Of a stretch of 64,000 nt of DNA, positions 13,285 through 28,213 are shown in pieces. The translations under genes and the position numbers were made by a program. This DNA comes from Paramecium tetraurelia. Lineage: Eukaryota. Every line of letters starts with the position of its first letter. The first letter of the stretch is position 1. The notes under the pieces are model-generated. The model was not told where the DNA came from. It made no database searches and worked only from the letters and a program-made list of their open reading frames with translations. The stretch covers positions 310,001 through 374,000 of the forward strand of contig CT868418.1 in assembly GCA_000165425.1 (NCBI GenBank), written 5' to 3'.

Positions 13285-13590
13285 TCAATTATTTTCCAAA
13301 AATTCATACACTTTATGCATGTTATTTTGCATATAATTTGTGGTCCAAATTGCAAAGGGGAATATCATTAATGATCTAAACATTATGACTGAACCCAAAG
13401 CTATCGGGAAACCTGTAAAAACTGATTTTACAAAATGATGCATGTCGTCCTAAAATATTTGGTGCTTTTGTTCCTTGATTTTTGGCAATTATTCTTTGAA
13501 TTGTTATTCCTATTATTATCTTTGTTATTGTTGCTTCCTATAATTGGCAATCTTGATATCAAGAATTAACTAATCACGCTTTTCTTACAT
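13285..13590 (-). CDS. Small 101-aa protein with Q-rich N-terminus and hydrophobic C-terminal segment
   Basis: Clean code-6 ORF MQEKRDQLIL...SVFTGFPIALGSVIMFRSLMIFPFAIWTT...FLENN*. Confidence 0.6.
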
Positions 13591-13659
13591 AATTAAAATA
13601 AAATATATCAAGTTAATATCAAACATTTAAAATTTAACACGATTTATTATAGCAAATGC

Positions 13660-14830
13660 TCACTTAGTCTACTTTAGTTAAGGACCATGACAAATTACTT
13701 ATTTCGTTTTCTGCTTTATATTCTAATAAGGGATCTAGAGAATAGTAAATCTGGAGAATTACCAATAGAGTTAAGGTCATTTTGTTTATTCTGCAATTCT
13801 GAAAAGTCCCAAATCAAAGCTGAAAAATCATCAGATACACTACAAAGATGAGTTGTTGATTCAGGTGCCCATGCTATTGCATTAACAAAGTCTTTATGAT
13901 TCTTTAGTTTGGCTAATGGTAAAAGTGGTTGTCTGAAAATAAGTATAATTAAATTACCTCGTATCCAATAGCGTTACATAATTAACATCCATCTCAATTA
14001 TTGCTAGATAATTCGTATCCATTTTATTCCACGCCAATCTAACTATGGGATTATTATTTTCAGTTTCAAACAAAACTGTAGAATGATCTAAAGCTCTATT
14101 GAATTATGATAAATGTGGAACCTCAAGTCGAATTGTCTGCAACTGCCATCTGCACCCACAGAAGCAAAGATTTGATGATCTACACTGAAACAAATATCAT
14201 AGACTTCTTTATCGTGTGCTATTAACTAAGTAAAGACAGTCTATTTTTCTATCTCCCATAAAGTACAAGTAGTATCTATTGAAGCAGTTCCAATATAATT
14301 CTACTATTTACAACTCCAATCAAATGAAGTTAAGGGTGCATTGAAGTCACTTGTCTAATGGATGGTTTTATTAATAATTTCGATACATTCTTTAAGTCCC
14401 ACTTGATCTTCACTTGTGCATTTTAATCATCATACTCCCAAACCTTCAGATTTTCTCCGCTGGTGGCTAGGAGATCTGGATACTTTCCTTCAACATCAGG
14501 AATCCATAATACTTTTGTGGGAGCATATCTATGATTGAATTTAGCCTTCTTGAAAAAGGATTCTTATTCTTTGTCTAATTGCAAGATGTAAACCTATTTT
14601 CACTTAAATAAGATGACTTCATTCTGAACATCTTCAATCATACTTCCTATAGCTATACGAGATTGCGGCGTAGGTTTTGATTGAAATCCCATAGCATAGA
14701 TTGGCCAAGGAGCTTTGAAAGTGTATATTTGATTTTGATTCTCTTATTGCATTTGGTTTTGGTTGGCATTCCCAACCGTGCCTTGCTCTTAAAGAAGAGC
14801 ATTTTCCGTATATTGATTGGCGTTGCTCAT
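13660..14830 (-). CDS. DCAF7: WD40 protein DCAF7/WDR68/AN11 ortholog
   Basis: [19 protein letters not shown]...[61 protein letters not shown]. Tiny introns. Confidence 0.92.
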
Positions 14831-14860
14831 TACTTTAAAAAATATTTATAATTTAATTCA

Positions 14861-15378
14861 TCAAACTATTTCTATAATACTCTACATTTGTTCCCTAAAT
14901 ACTACATTACTTGGTCTTGAGGCAATTGTTGTTCAATCAATTATTCTAAATATTGATTACGCTCTCTAAGCATGTCTTGCTCATGCTTTAATTTTTTAAT
15001 TCTCTATTTTTCCTTTACTTTTTATTTAAAATAAAGATTTCCTTTTGATTGGCATCTCCTTGTATTTGAATTGTAAATTCATGCATTCCTNNNNNNNNNN
15101 NNNNNNNNNNNNNNNNNNNNNNNNNNNNNNNNNNNNNNNNNNNNNNNNNNNNNNNNNNNNNNNNNNNNNNNNNNNNNNNNNNNNNNNNNNNNNNNNNNNN
15201 NNNNNNNNNNNNNNNNNNNNNNNNNNNNNNNNNNNNNCATGTTTTCTAATTCTCTTCTAATTAGCTCTATTTCTTATTGGCTCTCCAATCATATCTATTG
15301 CATGACTATCTCATATCGATCCTCTATTTTCTTATTGAGCTTCAATCTCTCTCTTAAAATATACTCTTCCAAATTCAT
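14861..15378 (-). CDS. Hypothetical coiled-coil protein interrupted by an assembly gap
   Basis: MNLEEYILRERLKL... E/K/Q-rich reading frame on both sides of the N run. 3' end uncertain. Confidence 0.4.
15091..15237. other. Assembly gap (147 N)
   Basis: Run of n characters. Confidence 1.
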
Positions 15379-15502
15379 TTAATAATTGATATATATAAAT
15401 CAAAATATATTGCCAACTAAATCAAAGGGGGGTATGTTTAATCAAGTATATAAATTGATAATATCCTAAAAAATATTTTTGATTTAATTTTATATTTTCC
15501 AA

Positions 15503-16606
<1,104 letters not shown>

Positions 16607-16629
16607 GATATATAAGAGTAAATTAATTT

Positions 16630-17736
16630 ATGAAATAAATTGCTTTTCGTTTGAATCACATTTGTCAAGCTCAATTTGGATTGCGTACAAGAGCTGGCTC
16701 AATTATCAAAACATTCAATCCAGAGAAAAAGACCAGGGAGCAAATCAGATTGGAGATTGAAGATCCTTTCTAAGCAGAAAGATTGAGATAAATCTAATTA
16801 GAAGAGGATGCCAAAAATTTTAAGCAATACATTTACAATTTGAAACAAAATGACAGCAATCCAAATAATTTCATTAAAGTCAAAGTTAAGAATGTTGAAG
16901 TAGCAAAAACTGAAACAACAGAGAGTGATATTAGCAAACCTTTTATTGTCAAGAAAATACCAAAATAAGAGAAAATTTTAATTAGTGGAATAAGAAGGTA
17001 TTGTTTATGACAATTGATTTAAATTAGAAAAGTACCTGCTTCTCTAAGAAGATTAATTCCTATTTGCAGACCTTTGATTAATATGCATCTTTATTAAGCT
17101 CAAGAGGCAATTGCTGATTCGGGAAGAAAAGCAGCTCAATTCTTAGCCAAAACATTTGTAATGGTCAGATCGCATGCTGTTTAAAGAGGGTATGATCCAG
17201 AAAGACTCTATGTCCATTCAATTTAAGTTGGCAGATATAAGAAATTCAGAAAGGCTAGATTTCATGCCAAGGCTAGAATCAATCCAGCTTTTAGAGAGAC
17301 CAGTCAAATCAAAGTCATCTTAGAAGAAAGGCCTACTAAAGAGGTTTAATTTCTATTTTATTGTGTTTGTAGATGTTCAAAGATTTTGTGTAGGGTAAAA
17401 CTCCTAGTGTTATCTCATATCTAATGAAGGATTAATTGGTTAGGGAAAAGGGTGATTATGCCAAAATTAGAAGATTCCAATTATTCCTGACTTCTAAAGG
17501 CAGACAACAATAAAAATTGATGTTAAAGAGAAGAGCATAAAAGGAAATGAAGGAGAAGGTTAAGTATATTCACTAAATTCTAGGGATTGTCATTCAAATA
17601 CCTTCATCGTCAAATTGTTGAGTAAGAAGCTGAGCAATTGGCTGAAAATTATGATACAGGAAAGAGTGGATTGCATAGATTCAATTTAGAGGCTAGACAG
17701 ACTCTGTTTAAAAAGAATGAGGAAATCAATAATTGA
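16630..17736 (+). CDS. MRPL22: Mitochondrial ribosomal protein uL22m with long extensions
   Basis: Presequence-like N-terminus. L22 core SLRRLIPICRPL...KAAQFL...GYDPERLYVHSIQVGRYKKFRKARFHAKAR...SQIKVILEE. Three tiny introns. Confidence 0.8.
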
Positions 17737-17886
17737 GTTTAAGAATATTTAATATAAAAATTATATAATAATAACTCATATAAAAAACAATGTAGCATTC
17801 ATATGTGATATTGATAATGTTTATTTCAATCTTTATATTTAAATTAATTGCAATAAAATTTGATATAATTAATAATTTAATTAATT

Positions 17887-19569
17887 ATGTAAAGCATTGA
17901 GAACTATTAATATGATAAAAAAGGATTTCTGGGAGCAGGCAGTTTTGGTAGTGTGTATAAGGCTAAAAATATAAAAACAGGTGAGATTGTGGCTTTGAAA
18001 AGTATTTAATTGATATACATTTTCAGTTTTGGATATGAAATTATTCTAAGATTAGTTTATGATCGATTCATTAAAAAATGAAATTAAAGTAATGTAAACC
18101 TTGACTTCGCCGAATGTGGTTAGAATGCTTGATGTATTTGGCAACAAACAACAAACATATATGGCCATAGAATTATGCGATTCAGATCTCAGATCTGTGA
18201 TGCACAAAAAGGGTCACATTTAGGAACAATAAGCAATTGAATTACTAGCATAATTGATGAATGGGTTCAAGGACCTAGTATCTCATAACTACATCCATCG
18301 AGACATAAAACCTGAAAATTGTCTAGTCAAAAGTAATGTATACAAAGTGGCTGATTTTGGATTTGCTACTAAAATAGATATAACAGGAAGGCAATTGCTA
18401 AGAGAATGTGTTGGCACTCCCATCTATATGTCTCCTCAGATTTTAAATAAATAGTAATATTCAGCCAAAAGTGACATCTGGTCGATTGGAATGATGTATT
18501 ATGAAATTCTTTTCGGTAAAACGGCATGGTCTTGCAGAGACATGTACAGTCTTCTAAAAAGCATCAAAACATAACCATTAAGATTTCCTTATGAAAGACC
18601 CATTAGTGAAAATTCTAAGGATTTCATCAAAAAGTGTTTAATGATCGAGGAAACTAATCGAATTGGTTGGAATGAAATTTTTACCCATCCACTTTTTACT
18701 ATGAAACAATCTGGTCAATAGCAATAAAAATAAAATTATGAACTACCCTAACAATGTATTAAGATCTTAAGGAAGATGCAAGATGTTGTTACTGAGAATA
18801 ATATAGATCCACATTTTATTTTTCAAAGATTTGATAAAGATAAAAATAACATTTTGGATGCCTAAGAATTTAAAACACTCATTTTGGCTGTTGATCCAAA
18901 CACAACACCATATTAAATTTAAGCCTTATTCTCAAGAATTTGTGGTCAAGATCAAAAAGTTAATTATATTGAATTTCAAAAACTATTCACAGAATTTGAT
19001 TTCTCTGATCTCAACGACAGGGCAGGCATTATTATTAAAGACATCTAAGCTGTAATCAAAGCTAATAACATTAATGTTACACAAATATTTAATAAATATG
19101 ATAAAAACCATTAAGGAGATCTAGATTATTAAGAATTTTACAATTTGATCAAAGTTATTGTGCCAGGAATCAAGGATTATGAAATTTAGTTGATGTTTTC
19201 GAAGTTCGATCGAGATAACAATGGTGCTATCAGTTTTCCTGAATTTTCATATATTCTCAGTAAAGGTACTGGCCAAACATAAAAAGATGGCATTACTTAA
19301 AGGGCCTCTGGAGTATTAAAGTAATTGTAAAATACGGTGAGAATTAATAAATTAGATGTAGCCAAAATATTTCAACGTTTTGATAAGTCTGGCGATGGTG
19401 CTATTGATTAAGCAGAATTCTTTTTATTACTAAGAGTATTATAATAAATTATAATTTATAGGCAATCGATGGTAAAATAAGTAAAAACGAAGCAGCCAGC
19501 CTTTTCCATATTTTTGATAAGAACCATGATGATTAGATCTCTTTCGAAGAATTTAAATCATAGCTATGA
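17887..19569 (+). CDS. Protein kinase (ULK/ATG1-like domain) fused to three EF-hand pairs
   Basis: LGAGSFGSVY, HRDIKPEN, DFGFA, VGTPIYMSPQ. EF loops DKDKNNILDAQE, DKNHQGDLDYQE, DRDNNGAISFPE, DKSGDGAIDQAE, DKNHDDQISFEE, plus one degenerate loop. Confidence 0.9.
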
Positions 19570-19709
19570 AAATATTAAAATTCTAATCATTCAATAAATA
19601 AATTATTCAATTTATTAATTACATTAAGGACATTTATCGACTTTGGATTTACTGCAATAATAGCAAAAAGTGTGGTTACAAGGTTGTAATTTTGTAACCA
19701 TTGTTTTTA

Positions 19710-21100
19710 TGGCAGAATTACAAACAAAACATGATCCATTCTCATTTCCATTCTGCAAAGTACCCAAAAAGGATGTCATAAAGAATAATTATTTACAGTA
19801 ATTCATCAAATAACTGCTCGAAAATAATAGAGATTAAAATAGTTTATTTATTACTCCCCATATTAGTGTTCTGTTTAATAATTCGAAATCTAATTCTCTT
19901 GTTTGATTTTCTTTTATTTATTTTATTTAAAATCCTATCAAGAATAATTCTAAACTATTGACCATCTATCCCTATGCTATAAATTTTAGAGAATATCCAA
20001 ATCGTAATAGTTAAAATAAAAATTCTAATTTCTTTATTTTTTTGTAAATATTAGGGTATTTCTATTCCAAATGTAAAAGCACTCTTGCATATAAATATCT
20101 CCCCAATACAAGTATCAACAAATAAAGAATTTTTTCTCTTTTTCCTAATCCTTCTCCCAATTTTGTACAAAATTAGATATTTTGCAATTCCTGTCCTGGC
20201 AAAGGTTTATCTTTTGAAATCCTTTATCGAAAATATAAAAAATCAAATATTAAATCAACTTCTGGAATGTTAGTTTTGAATAATTCTTTTATCTGCTCAA
20301 CAAAAATAGATTTAATTTCCGAATCAATTAAAAGTCCTTCTATTTAACATATACGTGAATTTAACATATAATAATATTTATAATATAACTATAATCGATA
20401 TTTAAAATAACATCTAAAATCTAATATAATCAAGTCACTATCAGTCACTCAACTAAAAAAATAAATAAAAAATCTCTCAAAATTTCATCTCAAAAGCACC
20501 ATCCGTCTTCTATTAAGATTTTCAAAAAAAAAGTTTACACCTCCAATCCAATCAGGCTTCCTCCAACTATAAAGGAACAAATTCTTAAAATTATTCAGAA
20601 GGAATTACCCAAAGTAGAATTATAAACTGATTCTGAAATTGCTCCCCATAAGATATTCTTTTTAATTAATTTATACCTACTAACTCAACGTCAAATAATA
20701 GGTTCATTTCACATTCTTTGCATTGCTTCTAACGCTGGTCATCCCTTTCAACACAGCCAAAAATTAGGAATATATTTAACCTAAAGGACAAACTTTCAAT
20801 AAATCTACCCTTTTAATATTCTCACTGTTAAGGAGATAGATCTCATTAAAGCTGTAGGTCTAAAGACAAAAGAAAAACATACTGAATCTATATCCTTATA
20901 TCAAGATGCTCAATAAGTTAGATCAAGTAAATTACAAATTCAGTTCACAAATCTAAAGAATATATTGTATTAGCATTCAACAAAAGGGATTGCCTCAAAT
21001 AATAAGCTTATTAAGAATTAAATTCTATCTTATTTATTGCTTAATCTTTTACAGATCATTTCTTAATTAATTTTCAGAATAAATTATCAATATTAATTAG
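19710..21100 (+). CDS. Possible hypothetical protein, structure unresolved
   Basis: MAELQTKHDPFSFPFCKVP... and later coding-like stretches (GSFHILCIASNAGHPF). Exons could not be joined, so boundaries are approximate. Confidence 0.3.
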
Positions 21101-21855
21101 TTTAGAAACATTCTGCATCAATACCAAATAGGTTAGTGAATACCATCATTAAAATCTTTGCAATTTATTTTTTTTAAAAATGATAAAAATGAAGAAACAT
21201 AATAATTCATTTCACCTTTCTGCAGTTATTTGAAAGATGATGATAAAATTATTTTTGAAGATGAATGTTTTTTCAGAATATTTCAAAATGTACCAATAAA
21301 TCATGTCATATTTTCGGCTCTTTTCAATAACCACTTTTAGGATCTCATCATTTAAGTATCTAATCTGTGCTATATAATCGAATTGCTTTTTGCAATTTCA
21401 ACTAATTGTTTGAAGGACTGAAAAAGCATATATATTTTAGGATTTTTTTGCCTCAATTATTCAAAAGGACTAAGAATATTATAATATTCTAGGTTTATTT
21501 TAGTGATTGATATTATATGATTTAAAGAACCAACTTATATTGAACAGAATTAAATTATAACAAAATGAAAATATTTATTTTGATTAGGTTTTTAGTGAAT
21601 TAATATAAAACTGAGGATGGAGCTGATGAAGGAATTTAATTCATTTGATAATACGTTTTTAAGGAATAAAATAAAGGATCATAATAAATTCAATCTGTTT
21701 CTTTTTAAAAAGATAAAATTTAGCGCAAACTTATTCAAGGGAATATTTTATTATGTTCCTTTTTATTTCCTAAAATTGTAAAGCTAAATGCAGATATTTC
21801 AAATCTAATTCAATTCGCAATAATTGTAATAATTTTAATTAATTGTTTTAAAAGT

Positions 21856-23247
21856 ATGATTTCATTTGATGATATATTAGAAAAAAAAATAAGGACCGGT
21901 TCTTACTAATTTAAAACGTTAGGAATAATTGGTTTAGTTGAATTTTGTGATGGCATCGAATATGCTTACATGTCTATTCTGGTCGCTATAATATAAAAAG
22001 AATGGGAATTAAATCAATAATAGATAGCATCTTTAGGGTCATCATTTCTTTTAGGTATGGTGATTGGAAATTGTATTTGTGCCTTTATAACTGATATAAT
22101 TGGTCGTAAAACAACGTTTACAATTTTCACAGGACTATCAGTTTTTTTGATATACTTTACAAGTATTTGTACTTCATACAATTAAATGATTACGCTAAGG
22201 CTTATGTTTGGAATTGTTTTTGGAACAAGCTACCCATTAGGATATGTCTTTATTTCAGAAGTCACTGAACCAAGATATAGGGGTAGATTTGGATATTCTA
22301 TGGGAGTGTTATTTGTGATTGGGAAGATATACTTAGCATTCTTATGTATATTCTATCTAAATGATTTTACATCAGGAAATTGGAGAGGATTGATTAGAGT
22401 GAATGGAATTCCAGTTGCAATCAGCTTTATTTTGTCGTTGTTTTTTTTAAAGGAAACGGTGAGATACTATTTAAATTCGAGAGAGTACAAAGTCGCATTT
22501 GACCTAATCGATTCAACAATACAAGAGAACTAAAGAGAACCTGAAATATTAACAGAAGAAGAGGTACTATATGTGTGAATTTTAACTTAGAAATAAGGGT
22601 TGATGAATTGGTAGGAAAAGTAAATATAAATAAATTAGGAGCAAGAATTGAATAAGTTCGGAATTCTATCATAAAACTATAAGTACATAACTATAAAGAT
22701 ATGGATTTTGTACATTTTAGCTAATTTACAAAATATGAGCATCTATTTGTTAATGCCGTTTTTGTTTGCAAACAATAACTCAAACTTGAGTTCTATGTTG
22801 TTCATGTTCATTTTAGAATTAATATTCGCATTGCTATTGTATGTTTTCATTGATGATCCTAATATTGGTGGTAGGAAGATGGTAATTGGCTATTCATCAT
22901 TGATTTTGGTATTAGCTAATGCTAGTTTGTATATTTTCAGAGAACATATTCTGTTTTTTGGTTTGCTTCTAATAAAATTAGCATGCAGAGCACTGTTTTC
23001 CACGTTAGGTCTAGTTTGTTGTGAAAGTTATCCATTGCAATTGAGAGCATAAGGAACTGCAATAGCATTTGGAATTGGTAAAACAGCCTCAATCCCATCT
23101 CCATTTTTCTTATTTCCTTTATTTTATTTAGATCCATATTTACCATTTGCCTTGATGAGTGTGCTATCAATTATAATGATTATAACAAATTGTTTGATTG
23201 GAGAGGACAAGACAATGAAACCACTGGAATCACACAAAGAAGAATGA
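21856..23247 (+). CDS. Major facilitator superfamily transporter, SV2/SVOP-like
   Basis: FDDILEKKIRTGSYQ, EFCDGIE, TDIIGRK, SEVTEPRYRG, NWRGL, ETVRY, GGRK, ESYPLQLRAQG. One intron near 22565-22590. Confidence 0.9.
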
Positions 23248-23339
23248 CATATATACAATATCGATAATCAATATAAATTTATTGTTCTTTGAATATATTT
23301 TATATTTATAGCTGTAAATTAAAATTAATATTCATAATT

Positions 23340-24293
23340 ATGAGTAAATTAATATAATTGGCATTCAAACCTCAGTATTTTGCCACAAGAGTGCAATCAA
23401 TCAATAGCAAAGCCAAGGTATTCACTGCTATTGATTTTTATAATAATTTATTACTGAATACTCAAACAAATTAGAATGGAAGATATAAGTTTTAGACTAG
23501 TGATGTAGGACATTTTGTTAATATGGTTGAAAAGGATAACATTAAGGAGGCAATTGAAGTATTAAAGTGCTTAATTGATTAGGGATTTAATAATATATTA
23601 GGACATAATAATTAAGTGAATTGCGGTATTAAAGATAAATTTATGCTTAAATGTATTGAATTCGATCAAACAAAATATGTTTTGGATGCCTTGAAATTTC
23701 ATTCAGCAATTAGATATTTCCCTCATCCTTCTGTGATAATCACATTGGCTAAAAAACTTGATAATGAAGGATTGATTGAATTATTCAAAATATTGAAAAC
23801 AAGTCCCTTTTTGAGAGTTGATAGTGCCAATCTTTCGAGTTTGATCTAGGATGATCCAAAAATATCATATGAAGTTTATAGAGTGGCTTTGTAGAAGAAT
23901 ATAAAATTATAACCTAAAGATTTATATAGGATTGCACGATAGTTTTTATCTGGCAATAAAGTTAGAAAAGTGTATAATCATTATCCTTATTATGATTAGT
24001 GGTTTTATGACTTAATTTGCATAAGAAAATGGTAACGAAAATGACATCTATTCTTCATTAAGTGTTTTATTTACTCATGTCTATTTGACAAACAAACAAT
24101 AAGCTATAGTTGAATTAGCCAAAATAATTGAACACAAGGATGGGTATATAATTTAAATATTGATTTTAGATTGACCATTTTGAAAGAGGAAGAGCAATAT
24201 ATCAAACCACTCTTAGAAATCTTATAAAAATAGGTGGAAAACGATGAAAAATGGAAACCAAGATTAGATGAATTAATATCAAAGTTGAGTTGA
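23340..24293 (+). CDS. Hypothetical protein, possibly mitochondrial and helical
   Basis: MSKLIQLAFKPQYFATRV presequence-like. Several tiny introns. Ends LISKLS*. Confidence 0.55.
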
Positions 24294-24329
24294 TTTTATA
24301 GATCAATGAATATATATTTATAATATTGA

Positions 24330-25004
24330 TCATCCTTGTTTTTAGATGGGTAAGAATAACTTGAATTCAGGTGGTAATTCTTCTTCACTGTAAAGACGAT
24401 CACTAAAATAGATTCTTCTGATTCTGCAATTGGCATGAATTTGAACTCTACAAAATGAGATTGAAATGGATACCGGAGTGTTTCTATATAGTTTGTACCA
24501 TATGCTCTTCTGGTGAAATCAGATAAGTTGAATTAGATTTGATTCCATCCCTCATCCAATCTCATAGGCATTGTACAAATGAAAGGTTTCACTCTCGTAG
24601 TTGACTACATTCTTTATACTAATTACTTAATAATTCGATGCTCTAAATCTTCTTCTGACATTCTTATCATCCAAAACCTACACTTCAAAAGTGAAATATT
24701 TTTTAAGCTAATCATTAATGCCAACAATATTACATTCTTAATAATCATGACTAAGAAAGGCAATTTAATTCCTAATGTTTCTTTAGGGTCAGCAGGAGCA
24801 GTTATGAAATTAGTACTCACATTCGTTCCCATTATTTCAAGTACTGATGATTAAATGTCTTGATCTGTGATACGTTTAATATGTCCATTCTTGACTTAAA
24901 TAATGCAATTATAAATTACTTTGCTTATCCCAAATTTACAATGGCTTTGATCCTATTGAATATAATATCGAAAGAAATCCACTTTAGAATGAGTTCTTGA
25001 ACAT
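24330..25004 (-). CDS. CFAP20: Cilia- and flagella-associated protein 20 (BUG22)
   Basis: [101 protein letters not shown]. Confidence 0.97.
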
Positions 25005-25656
25005 CAGTTATTTTTTATTTTATTAAACAAATAAATATCTCACTTAATCCACCTTATCAATCATTATTCATTTAATATACTATTCCCATAATTATATATA
25101 TATATATATTACACTTCCAATCTAAATCAATTTATCTTTTATTGAAGATTATTAGATTTTCAAATTTTTTATTTGTATTCTAAATTTATTATTTGCCATT
25201 TAATCATTAATTAATTTTCAAAATACATCCTATATACTTCCTATCTAAGTTGGAACTTAAGGAAAAATAGGAGCGTATAGCTTTATCATGGATAAAACAT
25301 ATAGGTTTAAATTAGTGTTCTATAGTTTTGACTTATTAAATCAAGGCTTGACTTTAAGGGAACTTTGTGGAAGAAAGTTTTAACTTATCAAGAAATTTCA
25401 ACAAATATATGTCGTCATCCTTTTACACGCTAGTAATCTATATGAATCCTATGATAATTCACCAAAAATACATTTAGAAATATCCATGATTTATTGTATG
25501 TTTTTTGAAGTTCTTTGGTTGGATGTATAATTTTCCTTTTAATCTTTCTAAATATATAAATTTAGATATTTTTAACTTGAAATTTTTAAGAAGTAATATT
25601 AAGATAACTTTTTATTGTGAACTATGAAATTTAAGAATTTATAAATATTAATCATA

Positions 25657-26454
25657 TCATCTTTTTGTTAACAATTCATAAATTTTTTATTTCACTGATG
25701 GTTTTTCTAAGAATTCTTCAAAAATTCTTCTTTTAGAATATTCAGAAAAATCATTACAACAAGTTAAATCAATGTTGGTAGATGCATCACTCTATTCTGT
25801 AACACTTAAGAGGGCTTCATCAAAGCATCGCTCTAAATCTGATTCTTGGAACTCTTCAACTTAATTAATTTGCTACTTTAGCTTAGCATTTAATTCTTGC
25901 TCCTATTATATATGATATGAGCTTCTTTGAATTTATGGTAAAGGCATCAATCTAACTGATTATAACTGCTGCATTGATTTCGGTTATCTTCTTATTTAAC
26001 TCTGGATTTACTACTCTTCTTCTCCTAAACTATTCAATTCCTCTTGTAATATTATATTGTGTTTGTCAGCATAAATCAACTATTCATCTAAGAATTTGAT
26101 TTCACTCTGCAATTCATTGAAACTTTATCGAATATCACGATCAAATTTACCCAATTCTTTAATATTATCACTCAATTTTATGCTCCTCTCCAGATACAAC
26201 TCTCTCTCCTTTGCTAGTTCCTCTCTATGTTTTTGAATTCTTTTCTCAATTTCAGTTTAACTCTCCTCATCTCTAATTTTAACTAATTGTCTTTAAACAT
26301 TAAGCATCTCTTATTTATATAACTTCAATAATTCTTCTTCTCTTTTATTAAATAGTTATTATAATTGCTAATTAGCTTATTCTATCAATTCATATATCTA
26401 TTAATTTGTTTCCTTTAAATCACTCTTTAGTTCTGATTTCTTAGACTCAATCAT
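25657..26454 (-). CDS. Coiled-coil protein (265 aa)
   Basis: Intronless 798-nt code-6 ORF MIESKKSELKSDLKE...LLTKR*, E/Q/K/L-rich. Confidence 0.7.
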
Positions 26455-26769
26455 TTATTATAATTATATTTTTATTTTTTAATTATTTTATTCTGTATAA
26501 ACATCAAAAAGGAATATAAATAATTACTAATTTTACTATTTTATAAAATATAACTGTGATTAGCAGAAATGAGGTCATGATAACAGATAAACTAATCTAA
26601 GAATCAATTAATTATCAATTGATATATTATTAATGGTTATGATGAAAATGCTAAAATTAATTCGCTTTATGGATTTATTTACATTGCATAGAATTGCAAT
26701 ATTCAAAAATAAAGTAGAATTGTTATAACATGTAAATTTATATGAAATTTATTATTATACATATATATT

Positions 26770-28213
26770 TCATGAAATCTTATTCATAGAGTAATAATCT
26801 ACTTCATCATACATCTCTTCTGGAATTAGATCATATTTTTTGTCAGCTTAACTTCTGTAGTAAGATAATATTTCTGCATCATCCTCATTTAAGATATAAT
26901 TATTTTCGAAAGATTTTTCTGATTTCGGAGTAAATACAATGTCACTTTCTTTTTACTAAAAAAGGTTGATTTTTATTCCTATTTAATGAGATTTCTAAAA
27001 TTCATTTCTAAATTTCGACGATCTCATAACAAAATATAACCTAGATATCTCATACAATAAATTCAAATAACTGGACTTTTACCTCATCTAATTTGAAACT
27101 TTCTCATAAAATTTCCTATAATTTTTAGTATCTATTTTTATGTTATTTAAACTAGCGTTGACTATGTTCCCTCTCCAATTCTTTTGAATTCTTATCTTTT
27201 TAAATTCTGGGTAATAAAAATTTATTAGCTCATTTAATATCTTTTGATCTAAAAAATATTGATTTAACAAAATAATGAAGTATTTGATCATAAATAATAT
27301 TGATACAATAGATCCAACATTTGCTAATAAATCACCTAAACGTGGATATTCTAATGTGGTTTTTTCTTGCGTTCCTATCATTCCAAGATAGACGATTGCA
27401 ATAACATCATTTTCATATGTTTTTTAACAATATTCCAAAGAATTTGTTTAAGTTTGTAGCAATACGTCTACAATATATTCCTTGTATTGAGAGAAGCCAA
27501 ATAAAATATAATTCTAGAGTTCAAATAAGGTTGTTTTAAAATAAGATTGCACTGTTTAGCAATATTGTTACCTCTATTTAAATAGTGAATTCCTAGTATC
27601 CGCGTTATTTTGATCCATCCATAGGGTTAATTGATGTTGTGTAAAATTCAAGCTAGATCGCATTGCTTGGCTATGCAAAGAATTGTTCTGTAAGTTCTGG
27701 CGATGCACATTTTTCACCAGGTTTTAAATATATTTCTGAACACAACACTATCTCAACTATCATTTCACCTGAAGTGTATATATAATCGTTGTCATAAGAA
27801 AACCCTAATTTCATATCTGGTACATAAGCTTCTCCAAAAGGTGCGGTGTAATGATTTGTTATTAATTAAGGCTCTGTCAATTAATTGTTATTAGTGTACA
27901 CTATTAATGGCAATAATATATTATTTTGAAATGGGTCAATTTTACCTTCATAATCTTTCCAATAGTATATACTTATAACTTCTTCGCTCAAGTCTAACAA
28001 AGAATAGTCAGATACATAATTTTAACGGGATATTTTTGGGCTCATCTTATTAGTTTACCAGAGGTAACCAATCCAAAATACATAAGCTAAACTTACTGTT
28101 AATATTATAATCGTTATTATTCCCCCAAGTGTACTCTTGTATTTTGTTTATTGATGATCAATATTTTATACAAAAGGAACTCCAAATAAATCTGCCTTTT
28201 TTAGAATTTTCAT
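26770..28213 (-). pseudogene. Two-TM ciliate family paralog with a 1-nt frameshift (pseudogene or sequence error)
   Basis: MKILKKADLFG...KSTLGGIIT, IDPF, CAS, YPRLGDLLANVGSIVS, EISRLYF. Span is 1444 nt (3n+1). Frame breaks at 27571-27572 and no intron restores it. Confidence 0.6.

Noticed and set aside
27569..27598. Possible retained 28-bp TA-bounded IES explaining the frameshift
   Set aside because: The ends match the TAYAG consensus poorly. Excision would delete nine residues needed for the ungapped alignment to the paralog, so a 1-nt insertion fits better.
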